The notes: generated by a model from the sequence alone, not told the origin. Positions 9,978-19,077 are shown, numbered from the stretch's first letter. The stretch: DNA of 64,000 nt from Candidatus Tayloriibacteriota bacterium (GCA_028286725.1 JAQBQZ010000007.1:7262-71261), one strand, 5' to 3'. Numbers and translations: made by a program.

Positions 9978-11632
9978 ATATGTATTGGGAATATAACAAT
10001 GGCTCCAATCACTACGGCTAAGAGTACAATATATGGCCCTACCGTTTTAGCTTGCCAAAATACGAAGCCTTTTCGCGTGAGTTTTCCATCTCTAATCTCC
10101 TCTCTTTTTCCTTTTCTAACAACATAATAGAATTCAAGAAGTATCACAATGATAGAGAGAAGGTTGAAACCGATCCAATATAGTATAAGAAGGAAGTTCG
10201 GGTTCAAGAGAGTGCTTCCAGCTTTCTTTACCGAAAGCGCAATAAGAACAATATAGATGAACAAGTAGCATGCAGCGAATATTGTTACATGAACGAATTC
10301 TCCTGAGACGCTCACTTTTTTACTATTGGTAACTTTCCATCCAACAGAGCTTTTGAACATTGTCGTGAGCATCGCGTGGTAATAAGCGTAACTGTGTGCG
10401 CTTCGGGCAACAAAGTTTCCAATTCGTGGCTCGCTAATTCTATAGAGAGGCAAAACAATCGCAGAAAAAAGCATTGTAGGAATAAACGGTAATGCACTAA
10501 AGATACTTATGCTTCCTGGATAATAAAAGATAATGATGAATCCTTGAAAAGAGAGAAGTATAGCGAGAGGGTAACTCAAGTAATACATGAATCCAGAAAT
10601 AAAACACATCTTCTGTCCGAATGTAAGCTTTGAAGTCCAGAAACTTCTGTCGAACATAAGTAACAGTGTTCCAGAACACCATCTTTGCTGCTGATGAAAG
10701 TATTGATGGATGTTGTCGGGACAAATACCTACTGCGAGAATAATTGGCAGATATCGAACTTTCCAATCCTTAAGCATTAATTTAAAACCTGTATACATGT
10801 CTTCACTGTGTTCAATCTGTGCTGCTCCGCCAATTTCAGCAAGGGCTGCACGTCGATAAAGGGCATTCGAACCACAACAAATCGGAGCTCCCAGACTGTC
10901 TCGCGCTACTTGAATTGATCGGTAGAAATCTTCTTGAATGTGAGATGCTCCATATTCAAGCGGGCTTCGGCGGTGCACTTTTTCGCTCGTATCAAAGAAT
11001 TGTGGAGTCTGAATGATCGCTGTATTTTCATCCTGCATATAAGGTACGAGCTCTTTTATAAAATCTGGATGCGGCGCAAAATCAGCATCAAAAATTACAA
11101 TAAATTCTCCATTTGATCGCTCAAATCCGTACTTCAAATTACCCGCCTTTTTCATCTCGCCTTTATTTGGACGAGAGAGATATTCAAAATCAAATTTCTT
11201 GGCGAGATCAGAATATTCGCTACCTCCTTTGTCATCCAGAATATACACCTTCTTGTTTTTGTACGGTATATCCTCCACAGCTTTGCAAGTATTTTCAAGC
11301 ACCTTGACGCTCTCTCCGCAGATAGGAAGGAATATATCAACTGACGGCTCCTCTTTGATGTTTTGCCAATAATTTTCTATGAGGGCAGTATGTTTTTTGA
11401 GATTGAGCCTTTTGTAAAATATATTAATAGCGTAACTGTTTACATAATACAGAGTAAAAAAGATAACAATAGGAAGGAAAAACCAAGTATAAAATGGGCC
11501 TGATTCCATAAAGAGCCAATAGCCATAAACCACAGGAATCCAGCAAAGGATTCCGAGACCGTAAATAGCTCGCACAAGCCAAGTTGGTGTCTTGTTTATA
11601 TAGAGATACTTATTGATGTCTTTAGGATTCAT
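9974..11632 (-). CDS. processive family-2 glycosyltransferase, cellulose-synthase-like beta-glucan synthase
   Basis: 552 aa. TM helices flank a GT-A domain with DDKGG, FDADF, CCGSNALYRR, a TED-like motif (HSEDMYTGF) and QQQRW (QxxRW). This is the cellulose/curdlan synthase architecture. Confidence 0.85.
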   Translation of the reverse strand: MNPKDINKYLYINKTPTWLVRAIYGLGILCWIPVVYGYWLFMESGPFYTWFFLPIVIFFTLYYVNSYAINIFYKRLNLKKHTALIENYWQNIKEEPSVDIFLPICGESVKVLENTCKAVEDIPYKNKKVYILDDKGGSEYSDLAKKFDFEYLSRPNKGEMKKAGNLKYGFERSNGEFIVIFDADFAPHPDFIKELVPYMQDENTAIIQTPQFFDTSEKVHRRSPLEYGASHIQEDFYRSIQVARDSLGAPICCGSNALYRRAALAEIGGAAQIEHSEDMYTGFKLMLKDWKVRYLPIILAVGICPDNIHQYFHQQQRWCSGTLLLMFDRSFWTSKLTFGQKMCFISGFMYYLSYPLAILLSFQGFIIIFYYPGSISIFSALPFIPTMLFSAIVLPLYRISEPRIGNFVARSAHSYAYYHAMLTTMFKSSVGWKVTNSKKVSVSGEFVHVTIFAACYLFIYIVLIALSVKKAGSTLLNPNFLLILYWIGFNLLSIIVILLEFYYVVRKGKREEIRDGKLTRKGFVFWQAKTVGPYIVLLAVVIGAIVIFPIHI

Positions 11633-11770
11633 AAATTAGTATTTGTTATTGATATTTATGCCTGTTTCATTGTTATGTATAAAATGACGCTTTAGATTTC
11701 CTTTTATGACTAAAAGTCATTAATATCAAGTTTGGAATAAATATGCATCTTACCCGTCATCAATCTATAT

Positions 11771-13042
11771 ATGAAATATTTTAAACAAGCAAAAATCGAG
11801 GACCAAGATTTCAAAGGATATAAGAATCTTGTTCCAAAGCAATATGAAGAGGTAATAAAATTATCAGAGAATTTTTCAAAACCAAAGATTATTCATATTA
11901 ATACTGCGTTTGGCTCTGGAGGTGTTGCTGAGATCCTCAAGTGTCTTGTGCCTCTTGAAAGATCTTTAGGTCTTGAATCAGAATGGCTTATTATGCAGGG
12001 GACACCCGAATTCTTTAATGTGACAAAAAAGATACACAATCTTCTCCAAGGAAAAGAAGGATCTTTGAGCGAAGATGAAAAACAAACCTATCTTTCTTAT
12101 ACAAAGAAAGCTTCTGAAGAGTTGATGAAGTATCTTGATAAGTCATCTGGCGAACAGATCGTTATTCTTCATGATCCGCAGCCATTACCTATGATTATGG
12201 AAATTCCTGATACTATTCCTGTAATTTCGCGATTGCATATTGATATTACAAATGAGAATAAAGAGCTTGGTCAATTACTCAAACCATTTACTGATCGGGC
12301 AAAGAAAATAATTGTGAGCGACAAGAAATTTATTGCAGATTGGATTCAAGCCGACAAAGTTTTGATTAGTTTGCCTGCAACAGATCCGTTCAATGAGAAG
12401 AATAAGTTAATATCCAAAGAAGATGCTTCGGTGATCTTAAAAAAGATCGGCATAGATACAGAGAGGCCGCTTGTAAGCCAGATCTCACGATTTGATCCGT
12501 GGAAGGATCCAGAAGGTGTTATTGAGGCTTATCTTGCTGCGCGGAAGAAAATCAAAGGCTTACAGCTCGTGCTCGCAGGACTTATTGTTGCTGAAGATGA
12601 TCCTGAGGCGCAAGGCATTTATGATGAACTAAAAGATAAATATGGTGATGATCATGATATACATCTCTATGGTGAGAAAACTCCTCCTGGAGGAATTGAG
12701 AATGAAGAGTTTATTAATGCGCTCCAGACAGGCTCTGATGTTGTGGTTCAGAAATCACTTCGCGAGGGATTTGGTCTTACGGTGACTGAGGCGCTTTGGA
12801 AAGGGCAGCCAGTCATTGGTGGAAATGTGGGCGGTATCAAAAAACAGATAGTTGATGGTGAGAATGGTTTTTTGGTTTCATCGCCTGAAGAATGTGCAGA
12901 GCGGATCGTGGAGCTTATCTCTAAGCTAGAAGAGAAAGAGAGAATGGGAAAAAATGCCAAAGAGACCGTGAAAAATGAATTCCTTATGTCGCGTCTTATC
13001 TTGGATCATTTCAAGGTATATGATGAACTTTTAAAAAAGTAG
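11771..13042 (+). CDS. treT: trehalose synthase (TreT)-like GT4 glycosyltransferase
   Basis: 423 aa. The N-terminal IHINTAFGSGGVAEILKCLVPLERSLGLESEWLIMQGTPEFFNVTKKIHNLLQG matches the TreT family as I recall it. The C-terminal GT4 motif is SLREGFGLTVTEALWKGQPVIGGNVGGI…VDGENGFLV. Confidence 0.65.
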   Translation: MKYFKQAKIEDQDFKGYKNLVPKQYEEVIKLSENFSKPKIIHINTAFGSGGVAEILKCLVPLERSLGLESEWLIMQGTPEFFNVTKKIHNLLQGKEGSLSEDEKQTYLSYTKKASEELMKYLDKSSGEQIVILHDPQPLPMIMEIPDTIPVISRLHIDITNENKELGQLLKPFTDRAKKIIVSDKKFIADWIQADKVLISLPATDPFNEKNKLISKEDASVILKKIGIDTERPLVSQISRFDPWKDPEGVIEAYLAARKKIKGLQLVLAGLIVAEDDPEAQGIYDELKDKYGDDHDIHLYGEKTPPGGIENEEFINALQTGSDVVVQKSLREGFGLTVTEALWKGQPVIGGNVGGIKKQIVDGENGFLVSSPEECAERIVELISKLEEKERMGKNAKETVKNEFLMSRLILDHFKVYDELLKK

Positions 13043-13117
13043 ATGGCTGAAAAGCTAGACGTTTTTAATTCATGTTATAATTAGTTACACGTTTAATTAT
13101 AATTTAACTATATATTT

Positions 13118-13567
13118 ATGATCGCTATTATTTTACTTTCGCTTCTCGGTGCCGTTATTGCTGCAGTTGTCGGTACTTTTTGGTACTCAAATTCGACACC
13201 GATGGGTAAGATTCAGATGAAAACTCTAGGTTGTGACAATTTAACTCCAGCAGAACTCAAGAAAAGAATGGAAGATGCCAAACCTATGATGGGGAAGATG
13301 TACGCGGCGCAGATTCTTCTTTCTTTTCTTACTTCATTTGCTGTAAGTCTTATTGTTGTCATGGGAGTCAGAAATGGGCTCACATTTGGCATGGCTTTAG
13401 GATTTATTCTCATGAACTGGCTTTGCTTTATTGTGCCAACAATTGGATCTGGGATACTTTGGAGTAATACAGATAAAAGCATTCGATGGCCTAGATTTTT
13501 TTCTGAAATAGGTGCAAATCTTTTGACTATTTTACTTGTTGCGATTATTGCCAGTTTCTTTATTTAG
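13118..13567 (+). CDS. DUF1761-family membrane protein
   Basis: 149 aa, 4 TM helices. N-terminal pattern GAVIAAVVGTFWYS. Paralog of the ORF at 22791-23195. Confidence 0.45.
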   Translation: MIAIILLSLLGAVIAAVVGTFWYSNSTPMGKIQMKTLGCDNLTPAELKKRMEDAKPMMGKMYAAQILLSFLTSFAVSLIVVMGVRNGLTFGMALGFILMNWLCFIVPTIGSGILWSNTDKSIRWPRFFSEIGANLLTILLVAIIASFFI

Positions 13568-13570
13568 TTT

Positions 13571-14368
13571 GTGACAGGAATAAAATCAAATTTTAAATTC
13601 CTTGCGGCCGAACTCCTCTTTTTTGTCATAAAAGAGCTTCGGTCGCTTGTTTTTGCGCTCTCTTTTATTTTTCTTTTGTTTATTTCGAACTACGTATCAA
13701 TCTCAGGATTATATAGGTATGATTTTTTGTTTATTGGCGCGATCATCATTCAGGTTCTACTTCTTGTTTTTAAGCTTGAGACCAAAGATGAGGCGAAAAC
13801 AATATTTCTCTTTCATATAATCGGACTTTGCCTTGAAATATTTAAAACGAGCCCGAGTGTTGGTTCGTGGTCATATCCTGAGATGGGATATCTCAAGGTT
13901 TTTAATGTGCCGCTCTATAGCGGATTTATGTATGCAGCAGTTGGAAGCTATATCGCATATGCATGGAAAATGTTTAATCTTCGTCTCAGTAATCCTCCTT
14001 CGTACAGACAAAGTATTGCTGTCTGTTTTTTGATTTATCTTAATTTTTTTACCAACCACTATATTCCAGATATGAGATTGGCTCTTTTTGTCTTGATATT
14101 TATTATTTACCGAAAGACATTGGTATACTTCACTATTCGAGTGGGAGAATACAAGATGCCGATCGTTTTAAGTTTTTTTCTGATTGGGTTTTTTGTTTGG
14201 ATAGCAGAGAATCTCGCAACGTACCTCGGTGCTTGGAAGTACCCAGGCCAGATTCACGAATGGCATGTTGTAGGGCTTAACAAGATCACCTCATGGTTTC
14301 TCTTGGTGATCATTTGCTTTATCGTTGTTGCATACCTCAAACACTTTAAAGAAAAGATGAAAAAGTAG
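13571..14368 (+). CDS. DUF817-family integral membrane protein
   Basis: 265 aa, polytopic. Segment YPEMGYLKVFNVPLYSGFMYAAVGSYIAYAW resembles the conserved DUF817 core. Confidence 0.45.
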   Translation: MTGIKSNFKFLAAELLFFVIKELRSLVFALSFIFLLFISNYVSISGLYRYDFLFIGAIIIQVLLLVFKLETKDEAKTIFLFHIIGLCLEIFKTSPSVGSWSYPEMGYLKVFNVPLYSGFMYAAVGSYIAYAWKMFNLRLSNPPSYRQSIAVCFLIYLNFFTNHYIPDMRLALFVLIFIIYRKTLVYFTIRVGEYKMPIVLSFFLIGFFVWIAENLATYLGAWKYPGQIHEWHVVGLNKITSWFLLVIICFIVVAYLKHFKEKMKK

Positions 14369-14425
14369 ATTTTGTCTTAGTGTTCAAACTTACCTTGATC
14401 TGCTAGACTAATGCTAGAACCTAAC

Positions 14426-14607
14426 TCAAAATTAACCGCATATTAAAACATCTCAAAAACATGCTTGAATATCTAAAGTCAAAAATTTCAGTAAAAAATA
14501 AAGTTTCGTCAGTCAACATAACACAGTTATGCCTCCCTCCTCATCCTTCATTTTTTCCTTCGAAATTTTTGACTTTATATTATTCATTAATTTTAAGATA
14601 GGTTCTA
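14426..14607. repeat. intergenic repeat family, copy A (~180 bp)
   Basis: About 93% identical to 29422-29603 and ~75% identical to 50019-50130. Core sequence ATGCTTGAATATCTAAAGTCAAAAATTTCAGTAAAAAATAAAGTTTCGTCAGTCAACATAACACAGTTATGCCTCCCTCCTCATCCTTCATTTTTTCCTTCGAAATTTTTGAC. Contains a 12-bp stem (14478-14489 with 14562-14573). Confidence 0.8.
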
Positions 14608-15230
14608 TGAACAAATCAAGACTGGAGGCTTTTAGTGACGGAGTGTTTTCAATTGTTATGACCCTTCTTATATTTAATGTGAAGGTACCAGTACTGACAA
14701 AACCTTTTACAAATACTGATCTGTGGCTCTCGCTTGGAGCAGTGTGGCCGATTCTTTTTATCTATTTCCTTACATTCTTTGTATTGTCATTCTTCTGGAT
14801 CAATCATCATGTGCTTTTTGAGTCATTTGCAAAATCTATCGATCACAAGCTGACCGTTTTAAACCTTATTTATCTTATGTTTTTGGTGCTTGTGCCATTT
14901 ACGGCGAGTCTTTGGGGCGCATATGATTCTTATCAGCCAGCCGTCATATTGTATGGTTTTAATATTTTCATTATTGTTTTATGTTCAATGTGGATGGGGT
15001 CATACATTCTAAAAACTCCTGAGATCTCGCATGATGATATTACCGATCGAATGATCAAGAGGGGACAGTTTCGTTCAAGACTTACTCTTGTTTCTTATGC
15101 GATTGGGATCATTCTTTCCTTTGTCCATCCAGTTCTTGCTGGGCTTTTTTATCTGCTTCCTGTGGTATTTAATATTACTCCTGGCTCACTTAATTTTCTC
15201 GAAAAGAAATTGGGGTTTAAAATTGAATAA
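14607..15230 (+). CDS. TMEM175/DUF1211-family potassium channel
   Basis: MNKSRLEAFSDGVFSIVMTLLIF is the hallmark RxxxFSDGV motif. The six TM helices appear as two similar three-helix halves. Start moved from the annotated ATG at 14529 to the ATG at 14607 because the upstream 78 nt belong to the repeat element. Confidence 0.7.
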   Translation: MNKSRLEAFSDGVFSIVMTLLIFNVKVPVLTKPFTNTDLWLSLGAVWPILFIYFLTFFVLSFFWINHHVLFESFAKSIDHKLTVLNLIYLMFLVLVPFTASLWGAYDSYQPAVILYGFNIFIIVLCSMWMGSYILKTPEISHDDITDRMIKRGQFRSRLTLVSYAIGIILSFVHPVLAGLFYLLPVVFNITPGSLNFLEKKLGFKIE

Positions 15231-15277
15231 TATTGTCTTTACATAATCTTTACAGTACTTTGTGTTAGTATTGCGGT

Positions 15278-15949
15278 ATGCGTATTTTAGTTATTGAAGA
15301 CAATCAAAAGTTAGCCGAATCGCTTGTACGAGGGTTTACCCAAGAGGGGTATGCTGCTGACTTTGTATTAAATGGGGAAGAAGGTGAAAAGCGTATAATG
15401 ATATCTGAAAAAGATTACGATATGGTTATTTTAGATATTTCACTACCAGGAAAAAATGGGATCGAAATCTGCCGATCATTTCGGAGTCAGGGTATTATGA
15501 TTCCGATTATCATGCTCACAGCTCGAGATACGGTCAAGGATAAGATGCTTGGTCTTGATAGCGGTGCTGATGATTATGTTATAAAACCATTTTCACTTGG
15601 TGAATTACTTTCACGCGTCAGAGCATTATCGAGACGTCCGAGGAATTCACTTCCTCCTATTATTGAAGTGGGTGATCTCATTTTGAATCCTGCAAATCAA
15701 GAAGTCTTTCGAGGAAAAAAGAAAATTGAATTAACCCTAAAAGAATTTCGAATATTGGAATTTTTTATGACAAAACCAAATGAGGTGGTGACACGGCAAC
15801 AGATTACTGATCATTTATGGGATTTTGATTTTAATCCATTTAGTCGTGCTATGGATGTGCATATTAACAATTTGCGTAATAAAATTGGCAATAAAAATGA
15901 AACAAAGCTTGAAACGGTGCGAGGAGTGGGCTATCTCCTTAAAGCATAA
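15278..15949 (+). CDS. OmpR/PhoB-family response regulator
   Basis: 223 aa. Receiver domain (DMVILDISLPGKNG, phospho-acceptor Asp) followed by a winged-helix domain (…LTLKEFRILEFFMTKPNEVVTRQQI…VHINNLRNKI). Confidence 0.9.
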   Translation: MRILVIEDNQKLAESLVRGFTQEGYAADFVLNGEEGEKRIMISEKDYDMVILDISLPGKNGIEICRSFRSQGIMIPIIMLTARDTVKDKMLGLDSGADDYVIKPFSLGELLSRVRALSRRPRNSLPPIIEVGDLILNPANQEVFRGKKKIELTLKEFRILEFFMTKPNEVVTRQQITDHLWDFDFNPFSRAMDVHINNLRNKIGNKNETKLETVRGVGYLLKA

Positions 15950-16898
15950 TGTATTTCTGTGGGCAAGACTGAAACTTACTTTCTTGTACGTTCTTATTAT
16001 CGCTTTTATTCTTATTGGTTTTAGCTTAGCGCTCTACACAAACATCAGCAAGAATCTTATTGATATTGGGGAGGAAACTTTTGCTGGGCCTGAGGCACAT
16101 CAGCACTTTCTTCACGAGACACTTGAGGCGACGCAAGATGAGATACTTGCTATAGATCTTATTGTACTTATTGTTTCTGCAGGACTCGGTTTCTTGCTTG
16201 CTGGGTATACTCTGAGACCAATTCAGCGATCAGTAGAAGCTCAAAGAATGTTTTCTGAAAATGCATCTCATGAGTTGCGTACGCCTCTTGCGGTCATGAA
16301 AAATGAGATAGAAGTGCTTTTACATGATCCAAATCCAGATAAAGAAAGAATCGTTCAAACTTTAAAAAGTTCGGTTGAGGAGATTGATCATATGACACGA
16401 ATGGCTGAAGATCTGCTTCTCTTGGCAAGAGCTGATAATAAAAAAGAGCTCTTCCTTACAAGAGTGGATGCTGGAGCGATAGTGAAACAAGTGATAAATA
16501 GTCTCAAATCAATCGCATCTTTAAAAGAGATTTCGCTTCACCATACTCTTAAGGATGAATTTTATATAGAAGGAAATAATGATGCGCTTCGAAGAGTTTT
16601 TATCAATATTTTGAAAAATTCGATTGATCACACATCAAAAGGCGGAACTATTACGGTTGAAGGCGATTATGAAAACGGTAAGTGCTTATTGAGTTTCATT
16701 GATACAGGTTCTGGTATTAATGAGAAAGATTTGCCTCATGTCTTTGAGAGATTTTATAAAGGAGCTGGCACATCAGGAACAGGACTCGGACTTTCGATTG
16801 TTAAAGAACTTGTTCAAAAACAAAACGGGGAAGTCGTGATTCAAAGTGAAAAAAATAAAGGAACGAAAGTGATTCTTCGATTTCCACACAGAGCATAA
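15897..16898 (+). CDS. sensor histidine kinase
   Basis: Two TM helices. H-box SHELRTPL, then N, G1 (DTGSGI) and G2 (GTGLGLSIV) boxes. Starts at the ATG at 15897 and overlaps the regulator gene by 53 nt. Confidence 0.85.
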   Translation: MKQSLKRCEEWAISLKHNVFLWARLKLTFLYVLIIAFILIGFSLALYTNISKNLIDIGEETFAGPEAHQHFLHETLEATQDEILAIDLIVLIVSAGLGFLLAGYTLRPIQRSVEAQRMFSENASHELRTPLAVMKNEIEVLLHDPNPDKERIVQTLKSSVEEIDHMTRMAEDLLLLARADNKKELFLTRVDAGAIVKQVINSLKSIASLKEISLHHTLKDEFYIEGNNDALRRVFINILKNSIDHTSKGGTITVEGDYENGKCLLSFIDTGSGINEKDLPHVFERFYKGAGTSGTGLGLSIVKELVQKQNGEVVIQSEKNKGTKVILRFPHRA

Positions 16899-16989
16899 TT
16901 CTTTACAAAATCTTTACATTATCTTTTGTATGATTATAATGCATCAAACTTTATTTGGTGCATAATTATTTATTATAACTACATATTGT

Positions 16990-17277
16990 ATGGATATTCA
17001 CATTGATAAAAAAATAGCGGGACTCATGATCGGATCGCTTCTTGTTGGCGGAGTGCTCGGGGGCGGTATAGGTTTTGCGGCAGGACATGATGGAGAGAGG
17101 GGTCATGGAGGTGAGAGAGGAGGATATGAAATGAATGGTCAGGATCGAGGAGGGGTGTCTGACAATCAAGCAGATGGAGAAATAAAAGATGATAATGGCG
17201 GAGCTCCAAACCAAGATGAAAAAGACAATTCAGCGTCATCAACTATTACAAAAGTTCTGGCTCCTGCTACTAAATAA
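16990..17277 (+). CDS. small membrane-anchored Gly/Asp-rich protein (hypothetical)
   Basis: 95 aa. TM helix (IAGLMIGSLLVGGVLGGGIGFAAG) followed by an acidic Gly-rich tail. No family recognised. Confidence 0.3.
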   Translation: MDIHIDKKIAGLMIGSLLVGGVLGGGIGFAAGHDGERGHGGERGGYEMNGQDRGGVSDNQADGEIKDDNGGAPNQDEKDNSASSTITKVLAPATK

Positions 17278-17287
17278 CCTATTATCT

Positions 17288-18523
17288 ATGGCCGTATTCA
17301 CCGAGCTGTCTCAGACAAATAGCAAGAAGCGAAAAATGGAGTTTCTTTCAAAGGTGCCTGAAGTTACCGCTTTTTTCTGGATTATCAAAGTGCTTTGTAC
17401 GACAGTTGGTGAAACGGCTGCAGATTTTTTGAATATCAATTTAAACTTTGGACTTACGGGCACATCGGTTGTGACTGGGGTATTTCTTGTTTTCGCTCTT
17501 GTGGTTCAATTTAAAGCAAAAAAATATATTCCAAGCATATATTGGGTTACAGTTGCGTTAGTTAGTATATTTGGAACATTGGTTACAGATAATATGACTG
17601 ACAAGCTTGGTATTCCGCTTGAGGTAAGCACGATTGTTTTTTCTTTGCTTCTTTCGCTCACGTTTTTGGCATGGTATCTCAAAGAAAAAACCCTCTCCGT
17701 CCATTCAATTTTTACAAATCAAAGAGAAGGATTTTATTGGCTTACGATCCTTTTTACTTTTGCCCTCGGTACTGCCTCTGGTGATTTGATGGCAGAAGGT
17801 TTAGGGCTTGGATATCTAGTTACGGGCGAGATCATTCTTTCTCTTATAATAATATTTTCTATTTTGTGGAAGCTCGGTCTTAATTCTATTTTGGCTTTTT
17901 GGCTTATTTATATTATGACTCGTCCACTTGGAGCCTCAATTGGGGATTTTCTAACTCAGACACCAGAGCATGGAGGGCTTGAGCTCGGTGCAACGCTTAC
18001 AAGCCTCATTTTTGTGGTTGGAATTATTTTTATTGTTACTTATCTTTCGATAACAAAAAGAGACGTTATCAAAAACCAGAATGGAAATAATCTTGAGATA
18101 GAGAAAAAAGAAAAAGGGGGTTTGTGGCAAACGATTGTTGTAGTATCTTTTCTTATTGTTATGGGTTTGTCTGGATACTATACACAGCAATCAACACTTC
18201 AAAGTGAAGTCGCGCCATCTACGGGTTCTGTTCCCGGCACTAATATCGTATCCTCATTAGGAGATCTGTCAGTATTTAAAATTATTACACAAGATACGCT
18301 TGATAAATTAAATGCTGGGGGCCAGTCCGGCGCTACGACTCGTATTGATGATCTTGAATATGAATGGGACAATGCGCAATCTCGATTAAAGTCAAAAGAT
18401 AAAATAGGATGGACTTTGGTTGATGGAAAGATTGATATTGTACTTCGAGAGTTGCGATCGACCAATCCAAATATTGATCATGAGAAAACGGCACTCAAGA
18501 CTTTGCTTTTAGCACTTAACTAA
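17288..18523 (+). CDS. polytopic membrane protein with triplicated G-x-[TS]-x-GD motifs (COG4705-like) and a soluble C-terminal domain
   Basis: Start set at the ATG at 17288 (MAVFTELSQ…). Three internal repeats TTVGETAADFL / GTASGDLMAEGL / GASIGDFLT, each followed by paired TM helices. About 140 aa of soluble tail. Confidence 0.45.
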   Translation: MAVFTELSQTNSKKRKMEFLSKVPEVTAFFWIIKVLCTTVGETAADFLNINLNFGLTGTSVVTGVFLVFALVVQFKAKKYIPSIYWVTVALVSIFGTLVTDNMTDKLGIPLEVSTIVFSLLLSLTFLAWYLKEKTLSVHSIFTNQREGFYWLTILFTFALGTASGDLMAEGLGLGYLVTGEIILSLIIIFSILWKLGLNSILAFWLIYIMTRPLGASIGDFLTQTPEHGGLELGATLTSLIFVVGIIFIVTYLSITKRDVIKNQNGNNLEIEKKEKGGLWQTIVVVSFLIVMGLSGYYTQQSTLQSEVAPSTGSVPGTNIVSSLGDLSVFKIITQDTLDKLNAGGQSGATTRIDDLEYEWDNAQSRLKSKDKIGWTLVDGKIDIVLRELRSTNPNIDHEKTALKTLLLALN

Positions 18524-18534
18524 TTTTACTGCAA

Positions 18535-19077
18535 ATGTATACACTAAACCTCTCACTATTCTATTTCTTTTTTGATCTCTCGGGGCATAGTCTCTGGTCT
18601 GATGATGTGATAATTTTGTTTGCAGAATACTTGCCATATCTTATTGTTCTTGGTGTCGTCATTGCCGTGTATCATTTTTGGAGACTTGGTCAAAAGAATA
18701 TTGCTTATGGATATATGCTTGCAATAATTTCTGGAGGTGTAGCACGTGGTGTCGCAAGTATTATTCGTCTTTTCTATCATCATCCGCGGCCGCCTCAAGC
18801 GCTTCATATTACATCGCTTTTTCCAGAAACATCGTATTCATTTCCGTCAGGACATGCCATATTTTTCTTTGCGCTTGCAACTAGCGTTTATTTTATAAAT
18901 AAAGGGTGGGGCAAAATACTGTTTGCGCTTTCAATTCTTATTGGTCTAGCTCGCATTGCTGCTGGTGTTCATTGGCCGTTTGATATAATAGGAGGTGCGG
19001 TCCTTGGTGTTATTATTTCGATAATCATTCAAAAAATTTGGAAAAGATATGAAGGCTTTAACTCAAAACATTTTTAA
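18535..19077 (+). CDS. PAP2-family phosphatase (undecaprenyl-diphosphatase / lipid phosphatase type)
   Basis: 180 aa. PAP2 motifs KxxxxxxRP (HHPRPPQ), PSGH (FPSGHAIFFF) and SRxxxxxHxxxD (ARIAAGVHWPFDIIGG). Confidence 0.8.
   Translation: MYTLNLSLFYFFFDLSGHSLWSDDVIILFAEYLPYLIVLGVVIAVYHFWRLGQKNIAYGYMLAIISGGVARGVASIIRLFYHHPRPPQALHITSLFPETSYSFPSGHAIFFFALATSVYFINKGWGKILFALSILIGLARIAAGVHWPFDIIGGAVLGVIISIIIQKIWKRYEGFNSKHF

Noticed and set aside
14461-14601. Possibility that the three-copy repeat is a duplicated small protein gene (46-aa MLEYLKSKISVKN… or the MPPSSSFIF… leader peptide)
   Set aside because: Between copies A and B, substitutions are mostly non-synonymous in both candidate frames (about 6-7 non-synonymous to 2-4 synonymous). 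Nucleotide identity continues upstream of both ATGs. Copy C breaks both frames. The conservation is at the DNA/RNA level.
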